Of a stretch of DNA of 23,274 nt, positions 1 to 8,406 are shown one piece after another. Below the pieces are notes generated by a model. The model had not been told where the DNA came from. It did not search any database and worked only from the letters and a program-made list of their open reading frames with translations. The position numbers and the translations under genes were made by a program. The DNA is from a virus (taxonomy: Duplodnaviria; Heunggongvirae; Uroviricota; Caudoviricetes). Each line of letters starts with the position of its first letter. Within the stretch, counting starts at the first letter, position 1. The stretch lies in the IMG/VR virus record IMGVR_UViG_2571042372_000002; one strand, written 5' to 3'.

Positions 1-190
1 TTCCGATGAGATGGCGATATACTCGGGCAAAGTATGCTGGCAGTTTTCCAACTGGTCAAAAATACCTGCTCTCGTCTGTTGCAATGCCTGCAGCATGCGG
101 CGGCAATGCGCCTTGCTTTTACTAACCATCTTTCCTTCCTCTATCAGTCGCTGCGTGAACTCATCATGGAATACCAGGTAAATGCGGATG

Positions 191-442
191 TTATCGGTTT
201 TGGCTACGCAGCATAGTACAAAACGGACAGGTGCATCCCGGGACGGGGGAGGCGTCACATGTCCCTGTGATGGTTGTTCCGGGTAATGTACTGTGTGGGG
301 CATAAAAATGTCCGATAATTTTACTTTCTACCGCAGTTAGTTGATTCGTTGGTCCTGGTAGCACATTGGGCGAGGATTTAAATGCCAGGCAACTGAAGGA
401 TGATGTCGCAAGGGAGATAGCGAGAATATTTCTGATTTTCAT
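191..442 (-). CDS. hypothetical small secreted Cys-rich protein (83 aa from the internal ATG of the 191..511 ORF); possible moron upstream of cos
   Basis: ATG at 442-440 (- strand) preceded by AGAGG about 9 nt upstream. N-terminus MKIRNILAISLATSSFSCLAF looks like a Sec signal peptide (basic n-region, hydrophobic core). Mature part is Cys-rich (TGTCDASPVPGCTCPFC). No homolog recognised. Confidence 0.3.
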   Translation of the reverse strand: MKIRNILAISLATSSFSCLAFKSSPNVLPGPTNQLTAVESKIIGHFYAPHSTLPGTTITGTCDASPVPGCTCPFCTMLRSQNR

Positions 443-590
443 TTGATGATGCCTCTGTGTGAAATGACGGTAAACGACGCACTTGTGCCGGCACATAATA
501 GCAAGCACCATAATAGATCAGATTCGATTCTTGCTGTAAGTGATAATTATTCTCGTTTTCGGGTCCTTTCCGTCGATCCAACAGGTTACG

Positions 591-602
591 GGGCGGCGAC
601 CT
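591..602 (+). other. cosN: cosN 12-nt cohesive end sequence GGGCGGCGACCT
   Basis: Exact 12-mer identical to the lambda cohesive end as I recall it, flanked by lambda-like left- and right-end sequence. Confidence 0.8.
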
Positions 603-778
603 CGCGGTTTTTCACTATTTATGAAAATTTTTCAGGGAAAATCGTGTCGGTACTTCTCGAATATAACTTTTTGTTTTTTTTAATATTGCATCCGTAAAGG
701 TCCGACATGAAAGTGTCCGAAAATGCCTTTTTCTGGCGTTTTCATGTCGGGCCTTGTATTTGATAATGGGTTGTTTTC
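603..778 (+). promoter_or_regulatory. cosB: cosB-like terminase (Nu1) binding region with R-element-like repeats and an AT-rich tract
   Basis: 11-bp inverted repeat CCGACATGAAA (702-712) / TTTCATGTCGG (741-751); related GTGTCCGAAAATG (713-725) and GTGTCGG (643-649); AT-rich tract about 655-690 (possible IHF/bend site). Position between cosN and Nu1 mirrors lambda cosB. Confidence 0.6.
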
Positions 779-1327
779 ATGAAGGTTAATAAAAAGAGGC
801 TTGCCGAAATTTTCAACGTGGACCCGCGGACGATTGAACGCTGGCAGTCTCAGGGACTCCCTTGCGCCTCCAAAGGTAGTAAGGGCATTGAATCTGTATT
901 TGATACTGCCATGGCAATTCAGTGGTATGCGCAGAGGGAAACTGATATCGAAAACGAAAAGCTCCGCAAAGAACTGGACGATTTGCGTGCGGCAGCGGAG
1001 TCAGATTTACAACCCGGCACCATTGACTATGAACGCTACCGGCTCACAAAAGCGCAGGCAGATGCGCAGGAACTGAAAAATGCCCGTGAAGACGGAGTAG
1101 TGCTGGAAACTGAACTGTTTACCTTCATTCTGCAACGTGTGGCACAGGAGATTTCGGGGATACTTGTGCGTGTGCCGTTGACATTACAGCGTAAATATCC
1201 GGACATTTCACCATCACACCTTGATGTGGTGAAAACTGAAATCGCGAAAGCCTCCAATGTTGCAGCTAAGGCCGGTGAAAACGTGGGCGGGTGGATCGAT
1301 GATTTCAGACGCGCAGAAGGCAGCTAA
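779..1327 (+). CDS. nu1: terminase small subunit (lambda gpNu1 homolog)
   Basis: 182-aa [15 protein letters not shown]...RTIERWQ...IENEKLR...[27 protein letters not shown] aligns along its length with lambda Nu1 (MEVNKKQLADIF...) as recalled. First gene after cos. Confidence 0.93.
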
Positions 1328-3227
1328 TGCAGCCGGTGCGATAGCTACAGGGCTTTTATCTCTCATTATTCCTGTTCCACTGACGACAGTTCAGTGGGCC
1401 AATAAACATTATTACCTTCCTAAAGAGTCGTCTTATACCCCGGGGCGATGGGAAACACTGCCGTTTCAGGTTGGCATCATGAACTGTATGGGCAACGATC
1501 TGATTCGCACGGTTAACCTGATTAAATCTGCCCGTGTTGGTTATACAAAGATGTTGCTGGGAGTGGAGGCTTATTTTATTGAGCATAAATCACGCAACAG
1601 CCTTCTTTTTCAGCCCACGGACTCAGCTGCTGAAGATTTTATGAAATCTCATGTTGAGCCAACGATAAGGGATGTTCCTGCATTGCTGGAGCTGGCTCCA
1701 TGGTTCGGAAGAAAACACCGCGATAATACGCTCACCCTGAAGCGTTTTTCCTCCGGTGTGGGGTTCTGGTGTCTGGGTGGTGCGGCAGCAAAAAACTACC
1801 GTGAAAAATCCGTGGATGTGGTCTGTTATGACGAGCTTTCCTCGTTCGAACCGGATGTTGAAAAAGAGGGTTCGCCAACCCTGCTGGGGGATAAACGTAT
1901 TGAGGGCTCTGTATGGCCAAAATCCATTCGCGGCTCGACGCCTAAAATCAAAGGCTCCTGCCAGATCGAAAAAGCCGCTAACGAGTCGGCACATTTCATG
2001 CGTTTTTATGTGCCCTGTCCGCACTGTGGGGAGGAGCAGTATCTGAAATTTGGCGATGATGCCTCGCCTTTCGGTCTTAAGTGGGAGAAGAATAAGCCAG
2101 AAAGTGTTTTCTACCTTTGTGAGCATCATGGCTGTGTGATCCATCAGTCTGAGCTTGACCAGAGTAACGGGCGGTGGATCTGTGAAAACACGGGCATGTG
2201 GACTCGTGACGGTCTGACATTTTTCAGCGCCGCGGATAATGAAATTCCGCCGCCGCGCTCCATCACATTCCATATCTGGACGGCGTACAGTCCGTTCACC
2301 ACCTGGGTACAGATTGTCTATGACTGGCTGGATGCACTGAAAGATCCCAACGGCCTGAAAACCTTTGTGAACACCACGCTGGGCGAGACCTGGGAAGAGG
2401 CCGTGGGCGAAAAACTCGATCACCAGGTGCTGATGGATAAGGTTGTGCGTTACACGGCTGCGGTGCCTTCCCGGGTGGTTTATCTGACGGCGGGCATTGA
2501 CTCGCAGCGAAACCGTTTTGAGATGTATGTCTGGGGATGGGCTCCGGGAGAGGAAGCCTTTCTGGTGGATAAAATCATCATTATGGGGCGTCCCGATGAG
2601 GACGAGACGCTGTTACGTGTGGATGTGGCGATCAACAAAAAATACCGCCATGCAGACGGAACCGAAATGACCATTTCCCGTGTCTGCTGGGACACCGGGG
2701 GGATCGATGGCGAAATTGTCTATCAGAGGTCAAAAAAACACGGTGTTTTCCGGGTGCTGCCGGTAAAAGGTGCATCTGTTTATGGCAAGCCGGTGATCAC
2801 CATGCCAAAAACCCGCAATCAGCGGGGCGTGTATCTGTGCGAAGTGGGGACGGACACCGCAAAAGAAATTCTCTATGCCCGTATGAAAGCCGATCCCACG
2901 CCTGCGGATGAAGCCACGTCGTATGCCATCCGTTTTCCTGATGATCCGGAGATTTTTTCGCAGACAGAGGCGCAGCAACTGGTGGCGGAAGAGCTTGTGG
3001 AGAAGTGGGAAAAAGGAAAGATGCGTCTGCTGTGGGATAACAAAAAGCGGCGTAACGAAGCGCTGGACTGCCTGGTGTATGCCTACGCGGCATTACGTGT
3101 GTCCGTGCAACGCTGGCAGCTTGATCTGGCTGTACTGGCAAAATCCCGGGAAGAAGAGACGACCCGGCCAACCCTTAAAGAACTGGCAGCGAAGCTGTCC
3201 GGAGGAGTGAATGGTTACAGTCGCTGA
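1299..3227 (+). CDS. A: terminase large subunit (lambda gpA homolog)
   Basis: Translation ...[23 protein letters not shown]...[20 protein letters not shown]...[14 protein letters not shown]...[10 protein letters not shown]... is collinear with lambda gpA. Start placed at ATG 1299 (MISDAQK...), giving a 29-nt overlap with Nu1 as in lambda; the same ORF is open from ATG 1257, so the start is uncertain. Confidence 0.93.
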
Positions 3228-3417
3228 ACTGCAGGCGCTGCGTCAGGCGCGCCTTGATTTATTAACCGGTAAACGGGTGGTGTCTGTCCAGAAAGATGGT
3301 CGCAGAATTGAATATACGGCAGCTTCTCTGGATGAGCTTAACCGGGCGATCAATGATGCGGAGTCGGTACTGGGGACAACCCGCCGTCGCCGTCGTCCGC
3401 TGGGAGTGAGGTTATGA
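3211..3417 (+). CDS. W: head-tail joining protein (lambda gpW homolog)
   Basis: 68 aa; ...LTGKRVVSVQKDGRRIEYTAASL... matches lambda W (...[23 protein letters not shown]...). GGAGGA SD at 3201-3206; ATGA overlap with B start. Confidence 0.9.
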   Translation: MVTVAELQALRQARLDLLTGKRVVSVQKDGRRIEYTAASLDELNRAINDAESVLGTTRRRRRPLGVRL

Positions 3418-5006
3418 AACGAACGCCTGTCCTGATTGATGTGAACGGCGTTCCGCTTCGTGAGAGTCTCAGCTACAACGGGGGCGGTGCAGGATTTGGC
3501 GGGCAAATGGCTGAGTGGTTGCCACCGGCGCAGAGTGCCGATGCGGCCCTGCTGCCCGCGTTGCGTCTGGGGAATGCCCGGGCAGATGATCTGGTGCGCA
3601 ATAACGGAATAGCGGCTAATGCGGTGGCTCTGCATAAGGATCACATTGTCGGGCATATGTTTCTGATCAGCTACCGTCCGAACTGGCGCTGGCTGGGGAT
3701 GCGGGAGACCGCAGCAAAAAGCTTTGTCGATGAGGTGGAGGCGGCCTGGTCGGAATACGCCGAAGGGATGTTTGGCGAGATCGACGTGGAAGGAAAACGC
3801 ACGTTCACGGAATTTATCCGTGAAGGTGTGGGCGTTCATGCGTTTAACGGCGAAATCTTTGTGCAGCCGGTCTGGGATACGGAAACCACGCAGTTATTCC
3901 GTACGCGTTTTAAAGCCGTGAGTCCGAAACGGGTGGACACGCCTGGACACGGTATGGGGAACCGTTTTCTGCGGGCCGGTGTGGAGGTCGATCGATATGG
4001 CCGTGCCGTCGCGTACCATATCTGTGAGGATGATTTTCCGTTCTCTGGTAGTGGACGATGGGAACGGATCCCGCGTGAACTTCCCACCGGGCGTCCGGCC
4101 ATGCTGCATATTTTCGAGCCGGTGGAGGACGGGCAGACCCGTGGGGCTAATCAGTTTTACAGCGTCATGGAACGGCTGAAGATGCTCGATTCCCTGCAGG
4201 CAACACAGCTTCAGTCGGCCATAGTGAAGGCGATGTATGCAGCGACGATTGAAAGTGAACTTGATACCGAAAAGGCCTTTGAATATATCGCCGGCGCGCC
4301 ACAGGAGCAGAAGGATAATCCGCTTATTAATATTCTGGAGAAGTTTTCCAGCTGGTATGACACGAATAACGTGACACTGGGCGGTGTCAAAATTCCGCAC
4401 CTTTTCCCTGGTGATGATCTGAAACTACAGACTGCGCAGGATTCAGACAATGGATTTTCTGCGCTTGAACAGGCGCTGCTGCGGTATATCGCCGCCGGTC
4501 TTGGCGTTTCCTACGAACAGTTGTCCCGTGATTACTCGAAGGTCAGTTACTCAAGTGCCCGCGCCTCCGCCAATGAGTCGTGGCGCTATTTTATGGGGCG
4601 GCGAAAATTTATTGCGGCCCGGCTGGCCACGCAGATGTTTTCCTGCTGGCTGGAAGAGGCACTTCTTCGGGGGATTATTCGTCCGCCACGGGCACGTTTT
4701 GATTTTTATCAGGCGCGATCAGCCTGGTCACGGGCAGAGTGGATTGGTGCCGGAAGAATGGCCATTGACGGGCTCAAGGAAGTCCAGGAATCAGTGATGC
4801 GCATTGAGGCCGGACTGAGCACGTATGAGAAAGAGCTGGCGCTGATGGGCGAGGATTATCAGGACATTTTCCGCCAGCAGGTCAGGGAATCTGCTGAGCG
4901 GCAAAAAGCCGGACTCTCACGTCCGGTGTGGATAGAGCAGGCGTATCAGCAGCAGATAGCGGAGAGTCGCAGGCCGGAAGAGGAGACAACACCACGTGAG
5001 ACGTAA
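3414..5006 (+). CDS. B: portal protein (lambda gpB homolog)
   Basis: 530 aa, same size class as lambda B (533 aa) and same position. Motifs GGGAGFGGQ, ADDLVRNNG, FNGEIFVQ, GANQFYSVMERLKMLD, SALEQALLRYIAAGLGVSYEQLSR are conserved with lambda B as recalled. Confidence 0.93.
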   Translation: MKRTPVLIDVNGVPLRESLSYNGGGAGFGGQMAEWLPPAQSADAALLPALRLGNARADDLVRNNGIAANAVALHKDHIVGHMFLISYRPNWRWLGMRETAAKSFVDEVEAAWSEYAEGMFGEIDVEGKRTFTEFIREGVGVHAFNGEIFVQPVWDTETTQLFRTRFKAVSPKRVDTPGHGMGNRFLRAGVEVDRYGRAVAYHICEDDFPFSGSGRWERIPRELPTGRPAMLHIFEPVEDGQTRGANQFYSVMERLKMLDSLQATQLQSAIVKAMYAATIESELDTEKAFEYIAGAPQEQKDNPLINILEKFSSWYDTNNVTLGGVKIPHLFPGDDLKLQTAQDSDNGFSALEQALLRYIAAGLGVSYEQLSRDYSKVSYSSARASANESWRYFMGRRKFIAARLATQMFSCWLEEALLRGIIRPPRARFDFYQARSAWSRAEWIGAGRMAIDGLKEVQESVMRIEAGLSTYEKELALMGEDYQDIFRQQVRESAERQKAGLSRPVWIEQAYQQQIAESRRPEEETTPRET

Positions 5007-6501
5007 TCTTTCACACATTATTGCCGCAGCATTCAATGAACCGCTGCTTCTGGAGCCCGCCTATGCGCGGGTTTTCTTTTGCGCGCTCGGGCGCGAGATG
5101 GGGGCAGCAAGTCTTTCGGTACCACAACAGCAGGTACAGTTTGATGCTCCCGGAATGCTGGCTGAAACGGACGAGTACATGGCCGGAGGTAAACGACCGG
5201 CCCGTGTTTACCGGGTGGTGAACGGTATTGCTGTACTGCCGGTGACCGGCACGCTGGTGCACCGGCTGGGTGGTATGCGGCCATTTTCCGGAATGACAGG
5301 CTATGACGGCATTGTCGCCTGTCTTCAGCAGGCAATGGCGGATAGCCAGGTGCGGGGCGTACTGCTGGACATTGACAGTCCGGGCGGGCAGGCCGCCGGC
5401 GCGTTTGACTGCGCTGACATGATTTACCGCCTCCGTCAGCAGAAGCCGGTCTGGGCACTGTGCAATGACACGGCCTGTTCTGCAGCCATGCTGCTGGCGT
5501 CGGCCTGCTCCCGACGGCTGGTTACCCAGACATCCCGTATCGGCTCCATTGGCGTGATGATGAGCCATGTCAGCTATGCCGGTCATCTGGCGCAGGCCGG
5601 TGTGGATATCACGCTGATTTACTCAGGGGCGCACAAGGTGGATGGCAATCAGTTTGAAGCGTTGCCGGCAGAGGTTCGCCAGGACATGCAGCAGCGGATT
5701 GATGCGGCGCGCCGGATGTTTGCCGAAAAAGTGGCGATGTATACCGGTCTGTCTGTTGATGCCGTCACGGGAACAGAGGCTGCCGTTTTTGAAGGTCAGT
5801 CCGGCATTGAGGCCGGGCTGGCGGATGAATTAATCAATGCGTCGGATGCCATCAGTGTGATGGCCACGGCGCTGAACAGTAATGTCAGAGGAGGTACTAT
5901 GCCGCAATTAACTGCAACGGAAGCCGCCGCGCAGGAGAACCAGCGAGTGATGGGGATCCTGACATGCCAGGAAGCGAAAGGACGTGAACAGCTTGCCACG
6001 ATGCTGGCAGGACAACAGGGCATGAGCGTTGAACAGGCCCGGGCGATTCTGGCCGCGGCGGCACCGCAGCAGCCGGTGGCATCCACGCAGAGTGAAGCCG
6101 ATCGCATTATGGTGTGTGAAGAAGCGAACGGTCGTGAACAACTGGCGGCAACGCTGGCGGCGATGCCGGAGATGACGGTGGAAAAAGCCCGCCCGATCCT
6201 GGCTGCTTCACCGCAGGCGGATGCCGGACCATCACTCCGTGATCAGATCATGGCACTGGATGAGGCAAAAGGGGCTGAGGCGCAGGCTGAACAGCTGGCT
6301 GCCTGCCCGGGAATGACAGTGGAGAGCGCCCGGGCTGTGCTGGCTGCGGGATCAGGTAAGGCAGAACCGGTCTCTGCATCCACAACCGCCATGTTTGAAC
6401 ATTTCATGGCGAACCATTCACCGGCAGCGGTACAGGGTGGCGTGGCACAGACGTCAGCAGACGGTGATGCGGACGTGAAAATGCTCATGGCCATGCCATG
6501 A
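4996..6501 (+). CDS. C: head maturation protease / minor capsid protein C (S49 ClpP-like peptidase; lambda gpC homolog), extended C-terminus
   Basis: GTG start at 4996 overlapping the B stop. N-terminal half (FNEPLLLEPAYARVFFCAL, VVNGIAVLPVTGTLV, GAFDCADMIYR, RRLVTQTSRIGSIGVMM, ITLIYSGAHKVDGN) is collinear with lambda C. 501 aa versus 439 aa in lambda, owing to extra repeats in the C-terminal scaffold part. Confidence 0.9.
   Translation: MRRNLSHIIAAAFNEPLLLEPAYARVFFCALGREMGAASLSVPQQQVQFDAPGMLAETDEYMAGGKRPARVYRVVNGIAVLPVTGTLVHRLGGMRPFSGMTGYDGIVACLQQAMADSQVRGVLLDIDSPGGQAAGAFDCADMIYRLRQQKPVWALCNDTACSAAMLLASACSRRLVTQTSRIGSIGVMMSHVSYAGHLAQAGVDITLIYSGAHKVDGNQFEALPAEVRQDMQQRIDAARRMFAEKVAMYTGLSVDAVTGTEAAVFEGQSGIEAGLADELINASDAISVMATALNSNVRGGTMPQLTATEAAAQENQRVMGILTCQEAKGREQLATMLAGQQGMSVEQARAILAAAAPQQPVASTQSEADRIMVCEEANGREQLAATLAAMPEMTVEKARPILAASPQADAGPSLRDQIMALDEAKGAEAQAEQLAACPGMTVESARAVLAAGSGKAEPVSASTTAMFEHFMANHSPAAVQGGVAQTSADGDADVKMLMAMP
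5899..6501 (+). CDS. nu3: scaffolding protein Nu3 (in-frame internal start within C)
   Basis: Perfect AGGAGG (5889-5894) 4 nt upstream of ATG 5899, in frame with C, at the position equivalent to the lambda Nu3 start. Product MPQLTATEAAAQENQRVMGIL... contains the lambda Nu3-like motif (RIMGILNCEEAHGRE... in lambda). Confidence 0.7.
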   Translation: MPQLTATEAAAQENQRVMGILTCQEAKGREQLATMLAGQQGMSVEQARAILAAAAPQQPVASTQSEADRIMVCEEANGREQLAATLAAMPEMTVEKARPILAASPQADAGPSLRDQIMALDEAKGAEAQAEQLAACPGMTVESARAVLAAGSGKAEPVSASTTAMFEHFMANHSPAAVQGGVAQTSADGDADVKMLMAMP

Positions 6502-6537
6502 AGTCAGTGCTGACCATCAATAGGAGGTTTTTACAAT

Positions 6538-6885
6538 ATGGTGACGAAAACCATCACTGAACAGCGTGCGGAAGTACGTATTTTTGCCGGTAATGATCCG
6601 GCTCATACCGCCACAGGCAGCAGCGGGATTTCCTCGCCAACACCGGCACTGACGCCCCTGATGCTGGATGAAGCCACCGGGAAACTGGTGGTCTGGGACG
6701 GACAGAAAGCCGGTAGTGCGGTTGGCATACTGGTACTGCCGCTTGAAGGCACAGAGACGGCGCTGACGTATTACAAGTCGGGAACCTTTGCGACGGAGGC
6801 AATCCACTGGCCTGAAAGTGTGGATGAACACAAAAAGGCCAACGCCTTTGCTGGCAGTGCCCTGAGTCACGCGGCGCTGCCGTAA
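6538..6885 (+). CDS. D: head decoration protein (lambda gpD homolog)
   Basis: 115 aa; NDPAHTATG, TPLMLD, KLVVWDG, AVGIL, TYYKSGTF, KANAFAG match lambda gpD. AGGAGG SD at 6523-6528. Confidence 0.92.
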   Translation: MVTKTITEQRAEVRIFAGNDPAHTATGSSGISSPTPALTPLMLDEATGKLVVWDGQKAGSAVGILVLPLEGTETALTYYKSGTFATEAIHWPESVDEHKKANAFAGSALSHAALP

Positions 6886-6903
6886 CACGTTATCAGGCCA
6901 CCG

Positions 6904-6923
6904 CGGTGGCCTGACTGATTTCT
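6904..6923. repeat. perfect 20-bp palindrome CAGGCCACCGCGGTGGCCTG in the D-E intergenic region (RNA stem-loop candidate)
   Basis: Read directly: the 20-mer equals its own reverse complement. It lies between the D stop (6885) and E start (6943). No T-run follows, so it is not a canonical intrinsic terminator. Confidence 0.5.
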
Positions 6924-6942
6924 GAATGAAAGGAACTGATTT

Positions 6943-7971
6943 ATGGGATTGTTTACGACCCGCCAGTTACTCGGTTATACCGAACAAAAAGTTAAATTTC
7001 GTGCGCTGTTTCTGGAGCTGTTTTTCCGCCGTACGGTGAATTTCCATACCGAAGAGGTGATGCTGGACAAAATTACCGGAAAAACGCCGGTGGCGGCCTA
7101 TGTCTCCCCGGTTGTTGAAGGAAAAGTGCTGCGTCATCGTGGTGGTGAAACCCGCGTGTTGCGTCCGGGCTACGTCAAGCCGAAACACGAATTTAATTAC
7201 CAGCAGGCGGTTGAGCGCCTTCCTGGTGAAGATCCATCTCAACTGAATGATCCGGCTTACCGCCGTCTGCGTATCATTACCGATAACCTCAAACAGGAAG
7301 AGCACGCGATTGTCCAGGTGGAAGAAATGCAGGCGGTAAATGCTGTGTTGTATGGCAAATACACCATGGAAGGAGACCAGTTCGAGAAAATTGAGGTCGA
7401 TTTTGGCAGGTCGACGAAGAATAACATCACTCAGGGTAGTGGTAAGGAGTGGTCAAAACAGGATCGTGACACGTTCGATCCTACACATGATATTGACCTC
7501 TACTGCGACCTGGCCAGCGGTCTTGTGAATATTGCCATTATGGACGGTACCGTCTGGCGTCTTCTGAATGGTTTTAAGCTGTTCCGCGAAAAACTGGATA
7601 CCCGTCGCGGTTCAAATTCTCAACTCGAAACGGCAGTGAAAGATCTGGGCGCAGTGGTGTCCTTCAAGGGGTATTACGGCGATCTGGCCATTGTGGTGGC
7701 GAAAACGTCTTATATAGCAGAAGACGGTATCGAAAAACGTTATCTTCCAGATGGCATGCTGGTTCTGGGGAATACTGCTGCAGATGGGATCCGTTGTTAC
7801 GGTGCCATTCAGGATGCTCAGGCGTTGTCCGAAGGTGTGGTGGCCTCTTCCCGTTATCCGAAACACTGGCTGACGGTAGGGGATCCCGCCCGTGAATTTA
7901 CCATGACGCAGTCCGCGCCGCTGATGGTGTTGCCGGACCCGGATGAGTTTGTGGTGGTACAGGTGAAATAA
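6943..7971 (+). CDS. E: major capsid protein (lambda gpE homolog)
   Basis: 342 aa versus 341 aa in lambda, same position after D. N-terminal region (TTRQLLGYTEQKVKF..LFLELFFRRT) resembles lambda E (MSMYTTAQLLAANEQKFKFDPLFLRLFFRES). Confidence 0.93.
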   Translation: MGLFTTRQLLGYTEQKVKFRALFLELFFRRTVNFHTEEVMLDKITGKTPVAAYVSPVVEGKVLRHRGGETRVLRPGYVKPKHEFNYQQAVERLPGEDPSQLNDPAYRRLRIITDNLKQEEHAIVQVEEMQAVNAVLYGKYTMEGDQFEKIEVDFGRSTKNNITQGSGKEWSKQDRDTFDPTHDIDLYCDLASGLVNIAIMDGTVWRLLNGFKLFREKLDTRRGSNSQLETAVKDLGAVVSFKGYYGDLAIVVAKTSYIAEDGIEKRYLPDGMLVLGNTAADGIRCYGAIQDAQALSEGVVASSRYPKHWLTVGDPAREFTMTQSAPLMVLPDPDEFVVVQVK

Positions 7972-7978
7972 TCCGTGA

Positions 7979-8008
7979 GCGGGGGCGAAATGCCCCCGTG
8001 TCTTTTTT
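7979..8008 (+). terminator. intrinsic-terminator-like hairpin immediately after the major capsid gene
   Basis: CGGGGGC-GAAAT-GCCCCCG (7-bp GC stem) followed by TGTCTTTTTT, starting 8 nt after the E stop and ending before the FI ATG at 8023. Confidence 0.6.
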
Positions 8009-8022
8009 CACAGGGGGCTGAT

Positions 8023-8406
8023 ATGGCAACGAAAGAGCAAAATCTGAAACGTCTTCGTCAACTGGCTGACCTGCTGGGGCGCGAGGCGGATATATCCGGG
8101 AGTGCCGCAGAGATAGCGCAGCGGGTGGCAGAATGGGAAGAGGAGCTTGCTGTTTCCCCGGAGGGCATTATGCACTCTGATGAGAGCGGGGCTGATCAAA
8201 ATCACACAGACGATGGTGAGCAGTTGAACAACACGGATGCTCCGGATGATGTTAAAGCCGTCCGGGTACGGAAGTGCCTGCAAGTAATGGGGTATTGCCC
8301 GGAGACAGGTCGTCCCGTTGAGCTGGCGTTACGGGGTATGCGTGTTCTGGTGCCATCATCACTGGCAACGGCCATGATACAGCACGGAATGGCTGTTTAT
8401 GCGTGA
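8023..8406 (+). CDS. FI: DNA packaging / head assembly protein FI homolog
   Basis: Position between E and FII. Start placed at ATG 8023 with AGGGGG SD, giving 127 aa (about 132 aa in lambda), because the upstream GTG 7975 would put the terminator hairpin inside the coding region. Sequence is diverged from lambda FI; assignment is mainly by synteny and size. Confidence 0.7.
   Translation: MATKEQNLKRLRQLADLLGREADISGSAAEIAQRVAEWEEELAVSPEGIMHSDESGADQNHTDDGEQLNNTDAPDDVKAVRVRKCLQVMGYCPETGRPVELALRGMRVLVPSSLATAMIQHGMAVYA

Larger units (their letters stand above)
555..778 (+). other. cos: cos region of lambdoid phage (cosQ-like / cosN / cosB terminase recognition region)
   Basis: Sequence GGTCCTTTCCGTCGATCCAACAGGTTACG|GGGCGGCGACCTCGCGGTTTTTCACTATTTATGAAAATTTT matches, from memory, the lambda right end (...CCGACAGGTTACG) joined to the lambda left end (GGGCGGCGACCTCGCGGGTTTTCGCTATTTATGAAAATTTTCC). 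Lies immediately upstream of the terminase small subunit gene. Confidence 0.85.

Noticed and set aside
34-216. 60-aa + strand ORF near the window start
   Set aside because: No convincing SD, no recognisable domain, and it overlaps the 3' end of the better-supported - strand secreted ORF. Cannot be supported from sequence alone; may belong to a gene starting outside the window.
443-697. 84-aa + strand ORF spanning cosN/cosB
   Set aside because: It runs straight through the cos cohesive-end site and terminase-binding repeats and ends in an AT-rich tract; almost certainly a chance ORF in a regulatory region.
1623-2423. 266-aa - strand ORF antisense to terminase large subunit A
   Set aside because: Fully embedded antisense to a strongly supported, conserved CDS; typical shadow ORF in GC-rich coding sequence.
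3243-3839. 198-aa - strand ORF antisense to W/B
   Set aside because: Antisense shadow ORF within conserved W and portal genes; no start context or homology.
5011-5586. 191-aa and 141-aa - strand ORFs antisense to C
   Set aside because: Embedded antisense to the conserved protease gene; Arg/Pro-rich composition typical of GC-rich antisense frames.
7975-8022. Upstream GTG start for FI giving a 143-aa product
   Set aside because: The extension would encode the terminator hairpin and T-run (7979-8008); ATG 8023 has a proper SD and gives a lambda-like length.
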